From the NCBI GenBank assembly GCA_035291665.1, contig DATDRP010000006.1:74961-138960 (forward strand): a stretch of 64,000 bases of DNA, written 5' to 3'. This document shows positions 25,713 to 37,100 of this stretch, piece after piece. The DNA is from Patescibacteria group bacterium. Lineage in GTDB: Bacteria > Patescibacteriota > Microgenomatia > UBA8517. Both the position numbers and the translations under genes were made by a program. The number at the start of each line of letters is the position of its first letter. Positions within the stretch are counted from its first letter, which is position 1. The notes under the pieces are model-generated. The model made no database searches, was not told the DNA's origin, and was given only the letters and a program-made list of their open reading frames with translations.

Positions 25713-27956
25713 ATGGATTTGAAAAGTATCTTGCCCAAAAAGAAGGAGGACAACGAGTACTTCTGGTCTGTTGTGATAGAACCCGATTGGGTGCAGGCAG
25801 GAGTCTGGAAAATAGAAGAAAAGAAAGTTGTCGTAGTTGCTAAGAGTAATCCTATTGCCTGGAAACTTGATGATGAACTCATTTCCGCAAGCGATGCCGC
25901 TCTATCTTCCGTCATTCAGGAACTGCCTGAAGATTTCACTGAACCTCAAAAAACAGTTTTCGGAGTCAGTTCTTCATGGGTCGATGACAGTCAAATAAAA
26001 GAAGAATATTTGGTGAAAATCAAGAAGATTTGTCAGGAATTATCTCTCACGCCGGTTGGTTTTGTTGTTGTATCTGAAGCAGTCGCTCATTATTTTAAAA
26101 ACGAAGAAGGCGGACCTTTAAATACACTTATCATAGGTGTTTCGTCGGGTAATCTTGAACTTGCCCTATATCAGAACGGAAAATTAATCGGAACCGCCCA
26201 GGTTGCCAGAAGCGTAAGCATATCGGACGATGTTGCTGAAGGGTTGTCGCGGTTCTCTTCAAAAGATGCACTTCCATCCAGATTTATTTTATTCAACGGG
26301 AGGGAGGGTGATCTTGAAGATGCAAAACAGGAGCTGATTAAAGCCAATTGGGAGGATTATGAGAAAATCAAGTTTTTGCACACTCCAAAAATAGAATTTG
26401 TATCTTCCGATGAGAAAGTCATGGCGGTTTCGCTGGCTGGTGGCGCTGAGATGTCTGAGGTGGAAGGAGTAGTAGAAATTGAAGCACCGGAAAAAGCTAA
26501 AGTTGTCCAAACAATAGAGGAGCCTGTTGCATCTCTTCCGCCTGATGAAGAGATTGCAAATATTACGGAAGCCGACGACGACCTTCATCCGGAAGATTTT
26601 GGTTTTGAAGTAAATGAAATGGCGCAAAATAAGCCGAAACCCGATTTTTCCCAGAAGACTGAAGCGGCAGGTGAGCAAATAGAAGAAAAAATTCATGCAC
26701 AGCCGGAACCTCCAAAGCAAATGCCCATTCCGGTTAAGAAAAAATTTAACTTTTCAGGGTTAACAAAAATCTTCTCAATTTTTAATTTGAGAAATCTTAA
26801 ATTCCCGGGTATAAAGACTGAAGGTACAAAACCTCTTTTAATTGGTTTTATTGCGATTATTTTATTGATTATCGGGGGGGGTCTTTTTTGGTGGTTTTTT
26901 CCTAAAGCGGAAGTGACAATATATATTTCACCGAAAAGTACTGAAGAAAAGTTTGATATCACGATAGATCCGGCAGTAAATAGCGCTGATTTTGAAAAGG
27001 GTATCATCCCGGGAAAAGTTGTTGAAAGGACTCTGACTCTAAATAAATCAAAAGGAGCAACGGGGAGTAAAACCGTTGGCGATAAAGCAACAGGTGAGAT
27101 TACTATTTACCGTGTCGGTACCGAGTTAACCCTGAGTGCTTCGACGTTAGTGAAAGGACCACAGGGATTGAATTTTACTTTGAACGATGAAGTTAGTATT
27201 GCCAGTGGTAGCGCCATAAACCAAGGGACCACGAAAGCCAATGTTGCCGCCGAAAAAATCGGAGCTGACTATAATCTGGCATCCGGACAAACTTTCAGTA
27301 TTGGCAATTATTCAACCTCCGACATGGAAGCGACGAATGAAAATGCATTTTCCGGAGGATCCAGCCGTGAGGTAAGTGCCGTATCTGAAGCCGACAAAAC
27401 CAGCCTCCTGAAAGATTTGCAAAACGAATTGGAAGAGAGCCTTAAAGAAGAAGTTGGAAAATCGATTTCAGATGATGAGATTGTTATAGACGATTCTTAT
27501 GAATTTACAATTGAAGAGGAAGATTACAATCATAAGGTGGGTGACGAGGCGGACACATTGACGCTCGATTTGACGATTACCGCTAAAGCTGTGGCTGTTA
27601 AAAACGAGCAAATAATTTCAGCTGCAAGAAAAGCATTGGAAGGAAGCGTTTCCGAAGGATTTACCTTAAAGGATGACCAGATAGAACCGAGTTTTTCTTT
27701 CAAAGAAGGTGAGGGGGGTGTTTACAATGTTGAGGTTTTTGCAAAAGCCGGACTTCTGCCCAAGATTGACACGGATCTTATTTTGGAAAATATTACCGGA
27801 AGGTTTCCGGATGTAGCCAGGGAATATTTAACAAAAAATGTTCCGGGTTTTGTAAGGGCTGAAATAGTTTTTAAGAACTTCAAATTCCCCGGTAAGCTTG
27901 GCTCTCTGCCAAGGGTCTCAAAAAATATTACAATCGAGGTCAGCGCGGAAAAGTAG
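25713..27956 (+). CDS. Membrane protein: N-terminal actin-fold (PilM/FtsA-like) cytoplasmic domain, one TM helix, large extracytoplasmic domain
   Basis: The N-terminal ~240 aa show PilM/FtsA-like strand patterns (VVIEPDWVQAGVWKIEEKKVVVVAKS ... LTPVGFVVVSEAVAHYF ... TLIIGVSSGNLELALYQNGKLIG). TM helix LLIGFIAIILLIIGGGLFWWFF. The ~350-aa acidic, beta-rich C-terminal domain is unassigned. Confidence 0.4.
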   Translation: MDLKSILPKKKEDNEYFWSVVIEPDWVQAGVWKIEEKKVVVVAKSNPIAWKLDDELISASDAALSSVIQELPEDFTEPQKTVFGVSSSWVDDSQIKEEYLVKIKKICQELSLTPVGFVVVSEAVAHYFKNEEGGPLNTLIIGVSSGNLELALYQNGKLIGTAQVARSVSISDDVAEGLSRFSSKDALPSRFILFNGREGDLEDAKQELIKANWEDYEKIKFLHTPKIEFVSSDEKVMAVSLAGGAEMSEVEGVVEIEAPEKAKVVQTIEEPVASLPPDEEIANITEADDDLHPEDFGFEVNEMAQNKPKPDFSQKTEAAGEQIEEKIHAQPEPPKQMPIPVKKKFNFSGLTKIFSIFNLRNLKFPGIKTEGTKPLLIGFIAIILLIIGGGLFWWFFPKAEVTIYISPKSTEEKFDITIDPAVNSADFEKGIIPGKVVERTLTLNKSKGATGSKTVGDKATGEITIYRVGTELTLSASTLVKGPQGLNFTLNDEVSIASGSAINQGTTKANVAAEKIGADYNLASGQTFSIGNYSTSDMEATNENAFSGGSSREVSAVSEADKTSLLKDLQNELEESLKEEVGKSISDDEIVIDDSYEFTIEEEDYNHKVGDEADTLTLDLTITAKAVAVKNEQIISAARKALEGSVSEGFTLKDDQIEPSFSFKEGEGGVYNVEVFAKAGLLPKIDTDLILENITGRFPDVAREYLTKNVPGFVRAEIVFKNFKFPGKLGSLPRVSKNITIEVSAEK

Positions 27957-27972
27957 TACCGTAAAATATTAT

Positions 27973-28617
27973 ATGAGCTACCGGTTTAAAAAAATCCTGT
28001 CAATGATTTTGGCGGCCATGGGAACGATAGTAATAATCCTTAGTATTCTTCCGATAGTCAGCTATGAATTTACTTATCGCCGGAAATTTCAAAGAATGTT
28101 AAGTCCAGTTCCTGAAGGGGCAACACTAACAGGAGTAGCAAATGATTATAAAAATCCGGAGGAGTGGTTTGAAGGCGATACTGTACAAAACAAAGATACT
28201 GGATTTGAATACCGGTTGTTTGTTCCCAAACTCCGGATTGAAGATGCAATTGTGACGGTTGGAGGTGAAGACCTCTCCAAAAACTTGATCCAATATCCGG
28301 GAACAGCTGATCCTGGTGCCGGCGGAAATACTGTAATTTTCGGCCATTCAGTTTTGCCTTACTTTTTTAACCCCAAAGACTATATGACGATTTTTTCCAC
28401 ACTTCCGAAACTGGATAAAGGAGACATCATAAGAATTGTTGCAAATAATATTTCATACACGTATGAAGTTAATAGATTTTTTGAAGTGTCCCCTGATAAT
28501 TTGGAGGTTCTGAATCAGGATGTTGACGGATCATATGTATCTTTGGTGACATGCGTTCCTCCGGGGCACCCCCTAAAACCAAGAAGGTTAGTTGTTCAAG
28601 CGAAGTTGTTGTTGTAG
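27973..28617 (+). CDS. Sortase (transpeptidase)
   Basis: N-terminal TM anchor, His in VIFGHS, catalytic Cys in SLVTCVPPG (TLxTC motif), and Arg in PRRLVVQA. The listed ORF starts at 27898. The ATG at 27973 gives MSYRFKK. Confidence 0.75.
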   Translation: MSYRFKKILSMILAAMGTIVIILSILPIVSYEFTYRRKFQRMLSPVPEGATLTGVANDYKNPEEWFEGDTVQNKDTGFEYRLFVPKLRIEDAIVTVGGEDLSKNLIQYPGTADPGAGGNTVIFGHSVLPYFFNPKDYMTIFSTLPKLDKGDIIRIVANNISYTYEVNRFFEVSPDNLEVLNQDVDGSYVSLVTCVPPGHPLKPRRLVVQAKLLL

Positions 28618-28684
28618 TCAGCAAATTTGAGTCTCGCCAAGGGTGGACGGGAGGTATTGAGTATATAATTGCTACCAGGGAAAT

Positions 28685-29074
28685 ATGAATATTTTAGGAA
28701 TTGATTTTGGAAAAAAGAAAGTGGGCGTTGCCATCGGGGATACTGATTCAAAATTAGCAGAACCTTTCAGGGTATTACGATATGAGGATATCAGGATATT
28801 AAGTGACAAACTTAAAAGAATTACCAATGAGTTGGTAATAGAAAAAATAGTTATCGGAATATCGGAGGGAGAATCTGCCAGAAAAACAAAAGAATTTGCT
28901 GAAAGACTCGAAAGGGTTTTAAAAATACCATTTGTCTATCAGGATGAAACTCTCTCGACCTTTGAAGCGCAGGAAAAATCAAGAGAAGCAGGCATTGGGA
29001 GGAAAAAGAGAAAAGCTATGGAAGATGCTTATTCCGCCGCAATTATTCTCCAGGACTTCCTCGACACCCTTTAA
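28685..29074 (+). CDS. ruvX: Putative pre-16S rRNA nuclease / Holliday-junction resolvase-like YqgF (RuvX)
   Basis: MNILGIDFGKKKVGVAIGD N-terminal RNase H-like motif. 129 aa. Confidence 0.8.
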   Translation: MNILGIDFGKKKVGVAIGDTDSKLAEPFRVLRYEDIRILSDKLKRITNELVIEKIVIGISEGESARKTKEFAERLERVLKIPFVYQDETLSTFEAQEKSREAGIGRKKRKAMEDAYSAAIILQDFLDTL

Positions 29075-29191
29075 AGAAAGTATTAATCATGTGTTCAGTC
29101 TGTGACTAACAAGATGATTTTGGCTTTTTTTGTAATTTCTAGTGTCTTGACAGATTAACCTGATGGATATGGTATACTTGACTCTGTTGAT

Positions 29192-29392
29192 ATGTTAAAA
29201 AATGTCATTGCTCCGATACAAGCTTGGTTGATGTCGCAAGGCAGGTGTGTTGGCTGCGGAAAACCCCTATCACAGTGGAAAAAGGAGAAAAGAAAAGACG
29301 GAGCGGAGAAGGTAACCTGCGATTGCGGCCGCATCTTTATCCACGATCCAAAAACAAAAAAGTTCAGACGCGCTCTTCTTGAAGAAGTATAA
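29192..29392 (+). CDS. Hypothetical small zinc-ribbon protein (66 aa)
   Basis: CVGCGK ... CDCGRIF gives a C4 arrangement. A TTGACA ... TGGTATACT promoter-like sequence lies upstream. Confidence 0.35.
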   Translation: MLKNVIAPIQAWLMSQGRCVGCGKPLSQWKKEKRKDGAEKVTCDCGRIFIHDPKTKKFRRALLEEV

Positions 29393-29473
29393 TCGGAAAT
29401 TTCTAATTACCCTAATTAACCTAATTTCTAAGCAACTCCTATGTTTTTTGTTAAACTTATTTTTTAGGAAGAT

Positions 29474-30472
29474 ATGAAAAAGTTCTCAATATTAACAATA
29501 TCAACCGTCTTGCTTCTTTTGGGAGTTGTTTTGGGGGTGTTTTATTGGTGGAGGAATGTGAGTTCTCCGGTAGGTGACAATTCTGAATCTCAAAGATTTG
29601 TTATAGCAAAAGGCAGTTCTGCCTCAACTGTTAGCGTAAATCTTGAGAAAGAAGGACTTATTAAAAGCGCACTCGCTTTCAAGATATACGTGCAGGTTTT
29701 TGACAAAAGCAAAAATATAAATGCCGGAGAATTTAATTTATCCTCATCGATGACGCTTCAGGAAATTGCGGATGCTCTTGGGAAAGGTCCGTTAGAACTT
29801 TGGGTGACAATTCCTGAAGGACTGCGGAGGGAAGAAGTTGTTCAAAAGTTTGTAAAGGGTCTCGAAAAAAATGGTGATACGAGAGAAGTTTTTATACAAG
29901 AATTTTTGGACTTTTCAAAAGGACAGGAAGGGTATTTGTTTCCGGATACGTACCTTTTTCCCAGGGACGTATCAGGAAAGAAGGTGGTCGAGAAAATGCT
30001 TTCAAATTTTGAGATCAAATACGCAGAAGTTGGTAATAATCCAAAGTTTGATAAAAAAGATATTGTCATTATGGCGTCGTTAATTGAAAAGGAAACAAAA
30101 ACTGATGAGGAACGCCCCTTAGTTTCAGGGATTTTGTGGAAAAGAATCGATGCGGGTTGGTTTTTGCAGGTTGATGCCTGCAGTCAATATTTTCTTGGCG
30201 GAGAAAAATGTATTGTGGAAAATGAGAGTTGTGACTGGTGGCCTGAACTTACTCTTTCGGATTTAGAGAACAGTAACAAATATAATACTTATAAAAATTA
30301 TGGACTGCCTCCCACTCCGATTGCAAACCCCGGTCTTACTTCCCTTTCTGCGGCAGCAAATCCAACCGAGAGCACTTATTGGTATTATATTCATTCACCG
30401 GATGGTGTTATACACTTCGCAGTTGATCTTTCTGAGCACAATATGAACATCAGAAAATATTTGGGAAAATAA
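29474..30472 (+). CDS. mltG: Endolytic murein transglycosylase MltG (YceG-like)
   Basis: N-terminal TM anchor and YceG signature segments (YLFPDTYLFP, ASLIEKET, GLPPTPIANPG). Confidence 0.8.
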   Translation: MKKFSILTISTVLLLLGVVLGVFYWWRNVSSPVGDNSESQRFVIAKGSSASTVSVNLEKEGLIKSALAFKIYVQVFDKSKNINAGEFNLSSSMTLQEIADALGKGPLELWVTIPEGLRREEVVQKFVKGLEKNGDTREVFIQEFLDFSKGQEGYLFPDTYLFPRDVSGKKVVEKMLSNFEIKYAEVGNNPKFDKKDIVIMASLIEKETKTDEERPLVSGILWKRIDAGWFLQVDACSQYFLGGEKCIVENESCDWWPELTLSDLENSNKYNTYKNYGLPPTPIANPGLTSLSAAANPTESTYWYYIHSPDGVIHFAVDLSEHNMNIRKYLGK

Positions 30473-30631
30473 TGCGTAACGTACCTTAAATCCACAAAGA
30501 CCAAAAAAGCCTTGCCGGTATCAAATTATGAGCTTGAGAAAATGGTTGATTTTCTATTCCCTTATTGACAACTATAGTCAATTATGATAAAAACCGATGC
30601 TAGGCGTAGTGAATTACGCTTACTGTGTTTA

Positions 30632-30657
30632 TCCCGATAAATTCTGTCGGGGTTTTT
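30632..30657 (+). terminator. Intrinsic-terminator-like hairpin between mltG and rpoB
   Basis: TCCCGA-TAAATTCTG-TCGGGG followed by TTTTT. Confidence 0.4.
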
Positions 30658-30706
30658 GGGTTAAAAAGTTGAAAAATATAACCCTATATAAAATAAACTA
30701 ACACCA

Positions 30707-33700
30707 ATGGCTTACAAAACCAACCGCCTAAATTTCGGAAAAGAGGAAAAAGTACTTCCGGAACTAGACTTGATTTCTATCCAAAGAGATTCGTGGATTA
30801 ATTTTGTTAATGAGGGTATTGCACAGGAACTGGAAGATATTTCTCCTATCGACGACTTCACTGGTAAAAATTGGAGGGTTGTATTGGGAAGTCCTGTCAT
30901 GGGAGTTCCAAAAATTAGCCCTATAACATGTCAGGATAAAGGCCTTACTTATTCGGCTCCTTTGAAGATTACTGCAACCTTAATTAACAAAAGATCCGGA
31001 AAAGAAATTACCCAAGAGGTATTTTTAGGAGATCTCCCCCAAATGACAGCAAGGGGGACTTTTATTATTAATGGGATAGAACGCGCGGTTATTAATCAAA
31101 TTGTAAGAAGCCCTGGCGTATATTTCTCCGGGGAACTTGATGTTTCAACCGGAAGAATGCTTTATAAATGTGAAGTCAGGCCACTTCGCGGTTCATGGCT
31201 TGAATTTGAAGTCTCAAAAAATGATGTAGTTGCAGCAAGAATTGACCGCAGAAGAAAAGTTGTCGGAACAGCCTTTATTCGTGCTATGGGAATTCAAACT
31301 GATGACGAGCTTGTTGACACCTTCAAAGATGTTGATACTGATAAAAACCACCGATATATTGCCTCAACTTTGGCCAAGGACCCTTCAAATTCAAGAGATG
31401 AAGCAATGATTGAAATTTATAGAAAAATGAGACCGGGTGAGCCGGCACTTCTGGAGAACGCTGAAGGACTTTTCACCTCCCTATTTTTAGATCCAAAAAG
31501 ATATGATTTGGGTAGTGTTGGCCGCTACAAAATAAATAAACGTTTGGGCTTAAAGGTTCCCAATGACAAACAAAACTGGATCATAAACAGACAGGATATT
31601 ATTGGCGCAATAAAATATTTAGTAGCGCTCCAAAACGGGAAAGGAAAAGTAGACGATATTGACCATCTTTCAAATAGACGTTTGAGACGTGTCGGCGAAC
31701 TTGTGGCAACTAATGCTTTCAGAATAGGTCTTTTGAGACTTGAACGTTCAGTCAAGGAGAAAATGAGCCTGATTTCACCAGATGATAAACCGGTTCCTTC
31801 TAATTTGATCAATGCAAGACCACTCATCGCCTCATTAAATGAATTTTTCCGCTCCAATCAGCTTTCAACAATTTTGGATGACACCAATCCGCTATCTGAG
31901 CTTGATAACCTGCGAAGGGTATCTGTTTTGGGTCCGGGCGGAATAAATCGCGACCGTGCATCCTTTTCTATCCGGGATGTTAATTCTTCACAATACGGGC
32001 GTATTGATCCTGTCAGAACTCCGGAAGGACCAAACATCGGACTCGTTACATACCTCGCACTATACGCAAAAATAAACGAATACGGTTTTATTGAAACTCC
32101 GTATCGTAAAGTTGAGAAAATAAAAAAAGGCCGTGAAACGAAGGCTAAAGTGATGGACGAAGTGGTTTATTTAACCGCTGACGATGAAGAGCTTTATTAT
32201 ATTACTCATTCAGGGGTAAATATTGACGGATATGGTTATATCACCGACAGCCGGGTTGCACTTCGCCATAACGGTACAGTAACAGAAGGTCCGGTAAGCT
32301 TAGTCGATTTAATTGATTTAACTCCCAGACAAGTTGTTGGAGCATCATCGTGCCTTATACCATTCCTTGCACACGATGAAGGTAACCGTGCACTGATGGG
32401 AAGCAACATGCAATGCCAGGCAGTACCTTTGGTTAATCCCGAATCTCCGATCATCGGAACCGGAATGGAGCATGATATTGCCAAGGGAATGGAAAGAATG
32501 ACTTTAGCCAGAAACGCGGGAACTGTTGAATATGTTGATGCTGAAAAAGTTATTGTCAAACTAAATAAGAAAGTAGATGTCACGGAGTTAGGAGAAGATG
32601 TTGAGATTATAAACGGCGGTAAAAGTGAGGTTTATTATCTTTCCAAATTCAGAAGAACCAGCCATTCAACCTGCTATAACCAGGCTGCCGTAGTCAAAAA
32701 CGGTGATAAAGTCGTCAAGGGCAGCCTTATTGCTGACGGACCATCAATAAGCGGTGGTGAGTTGGCGCTCGGGAGAAACCTTGTAATCGGTTATATGTCA
32801 TATGAAGGCTTTGGTTTTGAAGATGCAATTTTGGTATCCGACAGACTGGTTAAAGAAGACCTCTTAACCTCTATCCATATTGAAGAATACGATTGTGATG
32901 TTGTCGATACAAAGTTGGGTCCGGAGGAGCTTACCCGCGATATACCCAATGTATCCGAAGGGGATTTGGCTAACCTTGCAGAAGACGGAATAATTGTTGT
33001 CGGAGCTGAAGTCGGACCGAACGATATTCTTGTCGGGAAAATTGCTCCAAAAGGTGAAACGGAATTGACCTCGGAAGAAAGGCTTTTACGGGCAATTTTT
33101 GGGGAGAAGGCAAGGGAAGTCAGAGACACCTCCTTAAGAGTTCCCCATGGAGAGAAGGGTATTGTCATCGGAGTCAATATATTAGATCGGGAAAAAGGGG
33201 ACGAACTCGGTCCTGGTGTCTTGAAACGGGTTTTAGTAAAGGTAGCCCAAATGAGAAAAATTACAGTTGGAGATAAGGTTGCCGGACGTCACGGAAATAA
33301 AGGTGTTATTTCAAGAATTATGCCATCGTCCGATATGCCCTATATGGAAGACGGGACGCCTATCGATATAATTATTTCACCTCTTTCTGTACTGGCGAGA
33401 ATGAATTTGGGACAACTTTTGGAAGCGCATCTTGGATGGGCTATGAGTGTTGAGGGTGAAAAAGCAGCACTTCCGGTTTTTGACAAAATTACCGAGGATA
33501 TGGTTGTCAACGAATTGAAAAAAGCAGGGCTGCCACTAAGTGGAAAAACCAGATTGCATGACGGGAAAACAGGCGAGCCGTTTAAGGAAGAGACAGTAGT
33601 GGGAATAGCTTATATTTTGAAGCTTACTCACATGGTTGAAGACAAGACCCATGCCCGCTCGACCGGTCCGTACTCTTTGGTTACACAGCAGCCGCTTGGA

Positions 33701-34078
33701 GGGAAAGCTCAAATGGGAGGCCAGAGGCTCGGGGAAATGGAAGTTTGGGGACTTGAATCCCATCGTGCAGCCCATGTACTTCAGGAAATGCTAACAATCA
33801 AATCGGACGATATTGTGGGAAGGGCAAGAGCATTCGAAGCGATAGTAAAGGGTACGGAGATACCGGATGCGACAGTACCTGAGTCTTTTAAGGTATTGGT
33901 AAGAGAGCTTAATTCATTGGGACTCGCAATTGACGCAGTTGGAGGAACTTTCATTAATGAAGACGAAGAGGTTGAAGGTGAAGGACTTGAGTTGGCGAAA
34001 GCATCAGGCGCTGAGGTGGTTGCAACAGCAGAGCTTACTGATCCCAAAGGGCCGATGGAAATTGAAGAAGTACTTTAA
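30707..34078 (+). CDS. rpoB: DNA-directed RNA polymerase subunit beta
   Basis: 1123 aa with conserved RpoB blocks. Followed by rpoC. Confidence 0.97.
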   Translation: MAYKTNRLNFGKEEKVLPELDLISIQRDSWINFVNEGIAQELEDISPIDDFTGKNWRVVLGSPVMGVPKISPITCQDKGLTYSAPLKITATLINKRSGKEITQEVFLGDLPQMTARGTFIINGIERAVINQIVRSPGVYFSGELDVSTGRMLYKCEVRPLRGSWLEFEVSKNDVVAARIDRRRKVVGTAFIRAMGIQTDDELVDTFKDVDTDKNHRYIASTLAKDPSNSRDEAMIEIYRKMRPGEPALLENAEGLFTSLFLDPKRYDLGSVGRYKINKRLGLKVPNDKQNWIINRQDIIGAIKYLVALQNGKGKVDDIDHLSNRRLRRVGELVATNAFRIGLLRLERSVKEKMSLISPDDKPVPSNLINARPLIASLNEFFRSNQLSTILDDTNPLSELDNLRRVSVLGPGGINRDRASFSIRDVNSSQYGRIDPVRTPEGPNIGLVTYLALYAKINEYGFIETPYRKVEKIKKGRETKAKVMDEVVYLTADDEELYYITHSGVNIDGYGYITDSRVALRHNGTVTEGPVSLVDLIDLTPRQVVGASSCLIPFLAHDEGNRALMGSNMQCQAVPLVNPESPIIGTGMEHDIAKGMERMTLARNAGTVEYVDAEKVIVKLNKKVDVTELGEDVEIINGGKSEVYYLSKFRRTSHSTCYNQAAVVKNGDKVVKGSLIADGPSISGGELALGRNLVIGYMSYEGFGFEDAILVSDRLVKEDLLTSIHIEEYDCDVVDTKLGPEELTRDIPNVSEGDLANLAEDGIIVVGAEVGPNDILVGKIAPKGETELTSEERLLRAIFGEKAREVRDTSLRVPHGEKGIVIGVNILDREKGDELGPGVLKRVLVKVAQMRKITVGDKVAGRHGNKGVISRIMPSSDMPYMEDGTPIDIIISPLSVLARMNLGQLLEAHLGWAMSVEGEKAALPVFDKITEDMVVNELKKAGLPLSGKTRLHDGKTGEPFKEETVVGIAYILKLTHMVEDKTHARSTGPYSLVTQQPLGGKAQMGGQRLGEMEVWGLESHRAAHVLQEMLTIKSDDIVGRARAFEAIVKGTEIPDATVPESFKVLVRELNSLGLAIDAVGGTFINEDEEVEGEGLELAKASGAEVVATAELTDPKGPMEIEEVL

Positions 34079-34149
34079 GTCTAAGTAGAAGTCTAAGTCT
34101 AAGAAAATTACAGCAACAAAATCTTAAACTTAGTCATAGAAGAAATAAT

Positions 34150-37100
34150 ATGGAACCATTAACAGGTTTAAAAAATTTAATCGATTTTAAGAAGTTGATA
34201 ATAAGTCTTGCATCACCGGAGGATATCCGGAAGTGGTCTCGTGGTGAAGTTACGAAGCCTGAAACGATTAATTACCGGACTTTGAAACCTGAAAAGGACG
34301 GACTTTTCGATGAACGGATCTTTGGTCCGACGAAAGATTGGGAATGTTACTGCGGAAAGTATAAAAGGATCAGATACAAAGGAGTTATTTGTGATAAATG
34401 CGGTGTCGAAGTTACGCAGTCGCGTGTCAGACGGGAAAGAATGGGTCATATCGGTCTTGCCTCTCCCGTTGTTCATGTTTGGTATTTCAAAGGCGCTCCT
34501 TCGAAATTGTCGCTCCTTTTGGATGTTCCTCCAAGAGCTATCGAACAAGTAATCTATTTTGCAAGATATTTGGTATTAAGCGTTGAGGATAAAAAGAAGA
34601 AAGAAGCGATTGTCAGGATTGAAAAAGCTTGGGCGGAAAAGGATAAAGAGCTCAAAGAAGGATATGAACAAAGACGGACTGTTTTGAAAGATAAAGCAAA
34701 AGAGGAGAAGCAAAAAGTCGAGAAGAAGATCAAAAATAAAGAACAAGTTTCCCTTGCACTATCGGAAGTTGAGCTTGATTTCAGAAAGAAAGAGGCGACG
34801 CTTACAAAAGAGGAAAAGCAAACACTCCAAAGAACTCAGGAACTATTTGAAAATTTAGGATTAACTGTTAAAGATCTTAAGGAGCTTTCCATTCTATCCG
34901 AAGAGGAATACGAACAGTTGTCTATTTATGATGCAGCGGACTTTTTTGAAGCAAAAATGGGTGCCGACGGAGTGTTAGCGGCAATCGGCAAAGTAAATCT
35001 TGAAGAATTGAACGTCCAATTAAGAAAAGACCTTTTGGAAACCAAAAACATATCATCGAAATATGTAAAATTGGCAAAGCGTTTGAAGCTGATTGACGGT
35101 ATGAGAAGGGCAAAAGTTAATCCTTCCTCTATGGTTTTGAGGGTTCTACCAGTGCTTCCACCCGATCTTCGGCCGATGGTCCAATTATCAGGCGGAAGGT
35201 TTGCCACCTCAGATTTAAACGATTTATACCGGAGAGTAATAAATCGAAACAACAGATTAAAGCATCTTATCAATTTGGGAGCACCGGAAATTATTTTGCG
35301 AAATGAAAAAAGAATGCTTCAGGAATCGGTTGATTCATTAATTGATGCATCTCAAAGAAAAGCAACCCGCAGGGGCAGGGGGAAGCAACCATTAAGATCT
35401 CTTTCGGATATGCTTAAAGGTAAACAAGGAAGATTCAGGCAAAACCTTCTTGGAAAAAGAGTCGATTACTCGGGAAGATCTGTTATTATAGTCGGACCCG
35501 ACCTTTCCCTTAATGAATGCGGCATTCCTAAAGAAATGGCACTTGAAATGTTCAAGCCGTTTGTCCTTAAGGAAATGATACTTCGCGGAATAGCCCCAAA
35601 TGTAAAAAGTGCCAAAAACATGCTGGATAAAAGACCTCCTGAAGTTTTTGATATTTTGGAAGAGATTACGAAAAATCATCCTGTAATTCTAAATCGTGCC
35701 CCGACACTTCATAAACTTTCAATTCAGGCATTTTACCCGGTTCTGATTGAGGGCGACGCAATCAGGTTGCATCCTGCTATTTGTTCAGGTTTTAATGCAG
35801 ACTTTGACGGGGATCAGATGGCAGTTCATGTACCACTTTCTGTCAAAGCCGTGGATGAAGCAAGAGAGTTGATGCTTCCGGAAAAAAATCTTCTCCGACC
35901 GTCAGACGGCTCGCCCGTATCGACGCCGGCAAGCAAGGAAATGGCGTTGGGAGTTTATTACATGACAAAAATTAATGTAAAAATCGAGCCTTATTGGTCA
36001 GTCTTTGCATCAAAGGAAGAAGCAATAAAAGCCTATCAATCCCAAGTCATAGATCTTAAGCAGCAAATCCCTTTGTACCTGAATGGCGAGATAATTGATA
36101 CGACTGCCGGAAGGATATTATTTAATGAAGCGCTTCCCGAGAATTTTGATTTTGTAAACGAAGCCGTAACTTCGACTCTGATAAAACAGCTGTTTGCTAA
36201 AGTGTATGCCGATAGCGAATCCTCGGTTGTTGCCAAGATGATCGATAAGGTTAAGGATCTTGGGTTTTTGGGAGGAACCTTATCAGGTTTTTCTTTCGGA
36301 ATATTTGATGCCAAAGTGTATCCGGGTAAGGCTCAAATACTAAAAAATGCCGATAAAAAGGTTGCTGAGCACGAAAAGAACTACGAAACAGGTCTTATTA
36401 CCGCTGAAGAAAAGAAAAGATTGGTTCAGGAAGTCTGGATTGAAACAACTGAAGAATTGACGGATAAAACTTGGGAGCTTCTTGACAGTGATAATCCGAT
36501 TAAAACAGTCATTGATGCGAAAGTCGGACGTACTTCAAGAGATCAGGTGAAGCAGCTTGCAGCTATTCGCGGACTTGTTGTTGACCCGCTCGGAAAAATC
36601 GTCGAAATGCCTATCAAATCTAATTTCAGAGAAGGATTGTCGGTTTTTGAATACCTTACTTCGTCCCGAGGTTCAAGAAAAGGTCTTACAGACACCGCGC
36701 TGAAAACCGCAGATGCAGGTTATCTAACCCGTCGGCTCGTTGATGTTGCCCACGATGTTTTGATACGTAAGGACGATTGCGGAACAACCAAGGGTATTGA
36801 GATCAGAAAAGGCGACAGACCGAAGTTTATTGAAAGGCTTGTCGGCCGGGTTTTGGCAGAACCGGTTAAAGATGCAAAAGGAAAGGTTCTTATTGCCAAC
36901 TCCACGCTTTTGAGTACGGCGGATCTTAAATTGATTGATGAAAGCAAAGTTGAGAAAGTGATCATCCGTTCGCCTTTGACTTGTGAAGAAAGATACGGAG
37001 TTTGCTCAATGTGTTACGGCAGAGATCTTTCCAAAAAGGGTTTTGTTGAAATTGGAACACCAGTTGGAGTAATCGCTGCACAGTCAATTGGTGAGCCGGG

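Noticed and set aside
34079-34103. Three GTCTAAG heptamers right after the rpoB stop, echoing the GTCTAAG arm of the 22382 inverted repeat.
   Set aside because: Only two loci are involved and the shared units are short. This is possibly coincidental in an AT-rich genome. It was mentioned under the 22382 finding but not promoted to its own finding.
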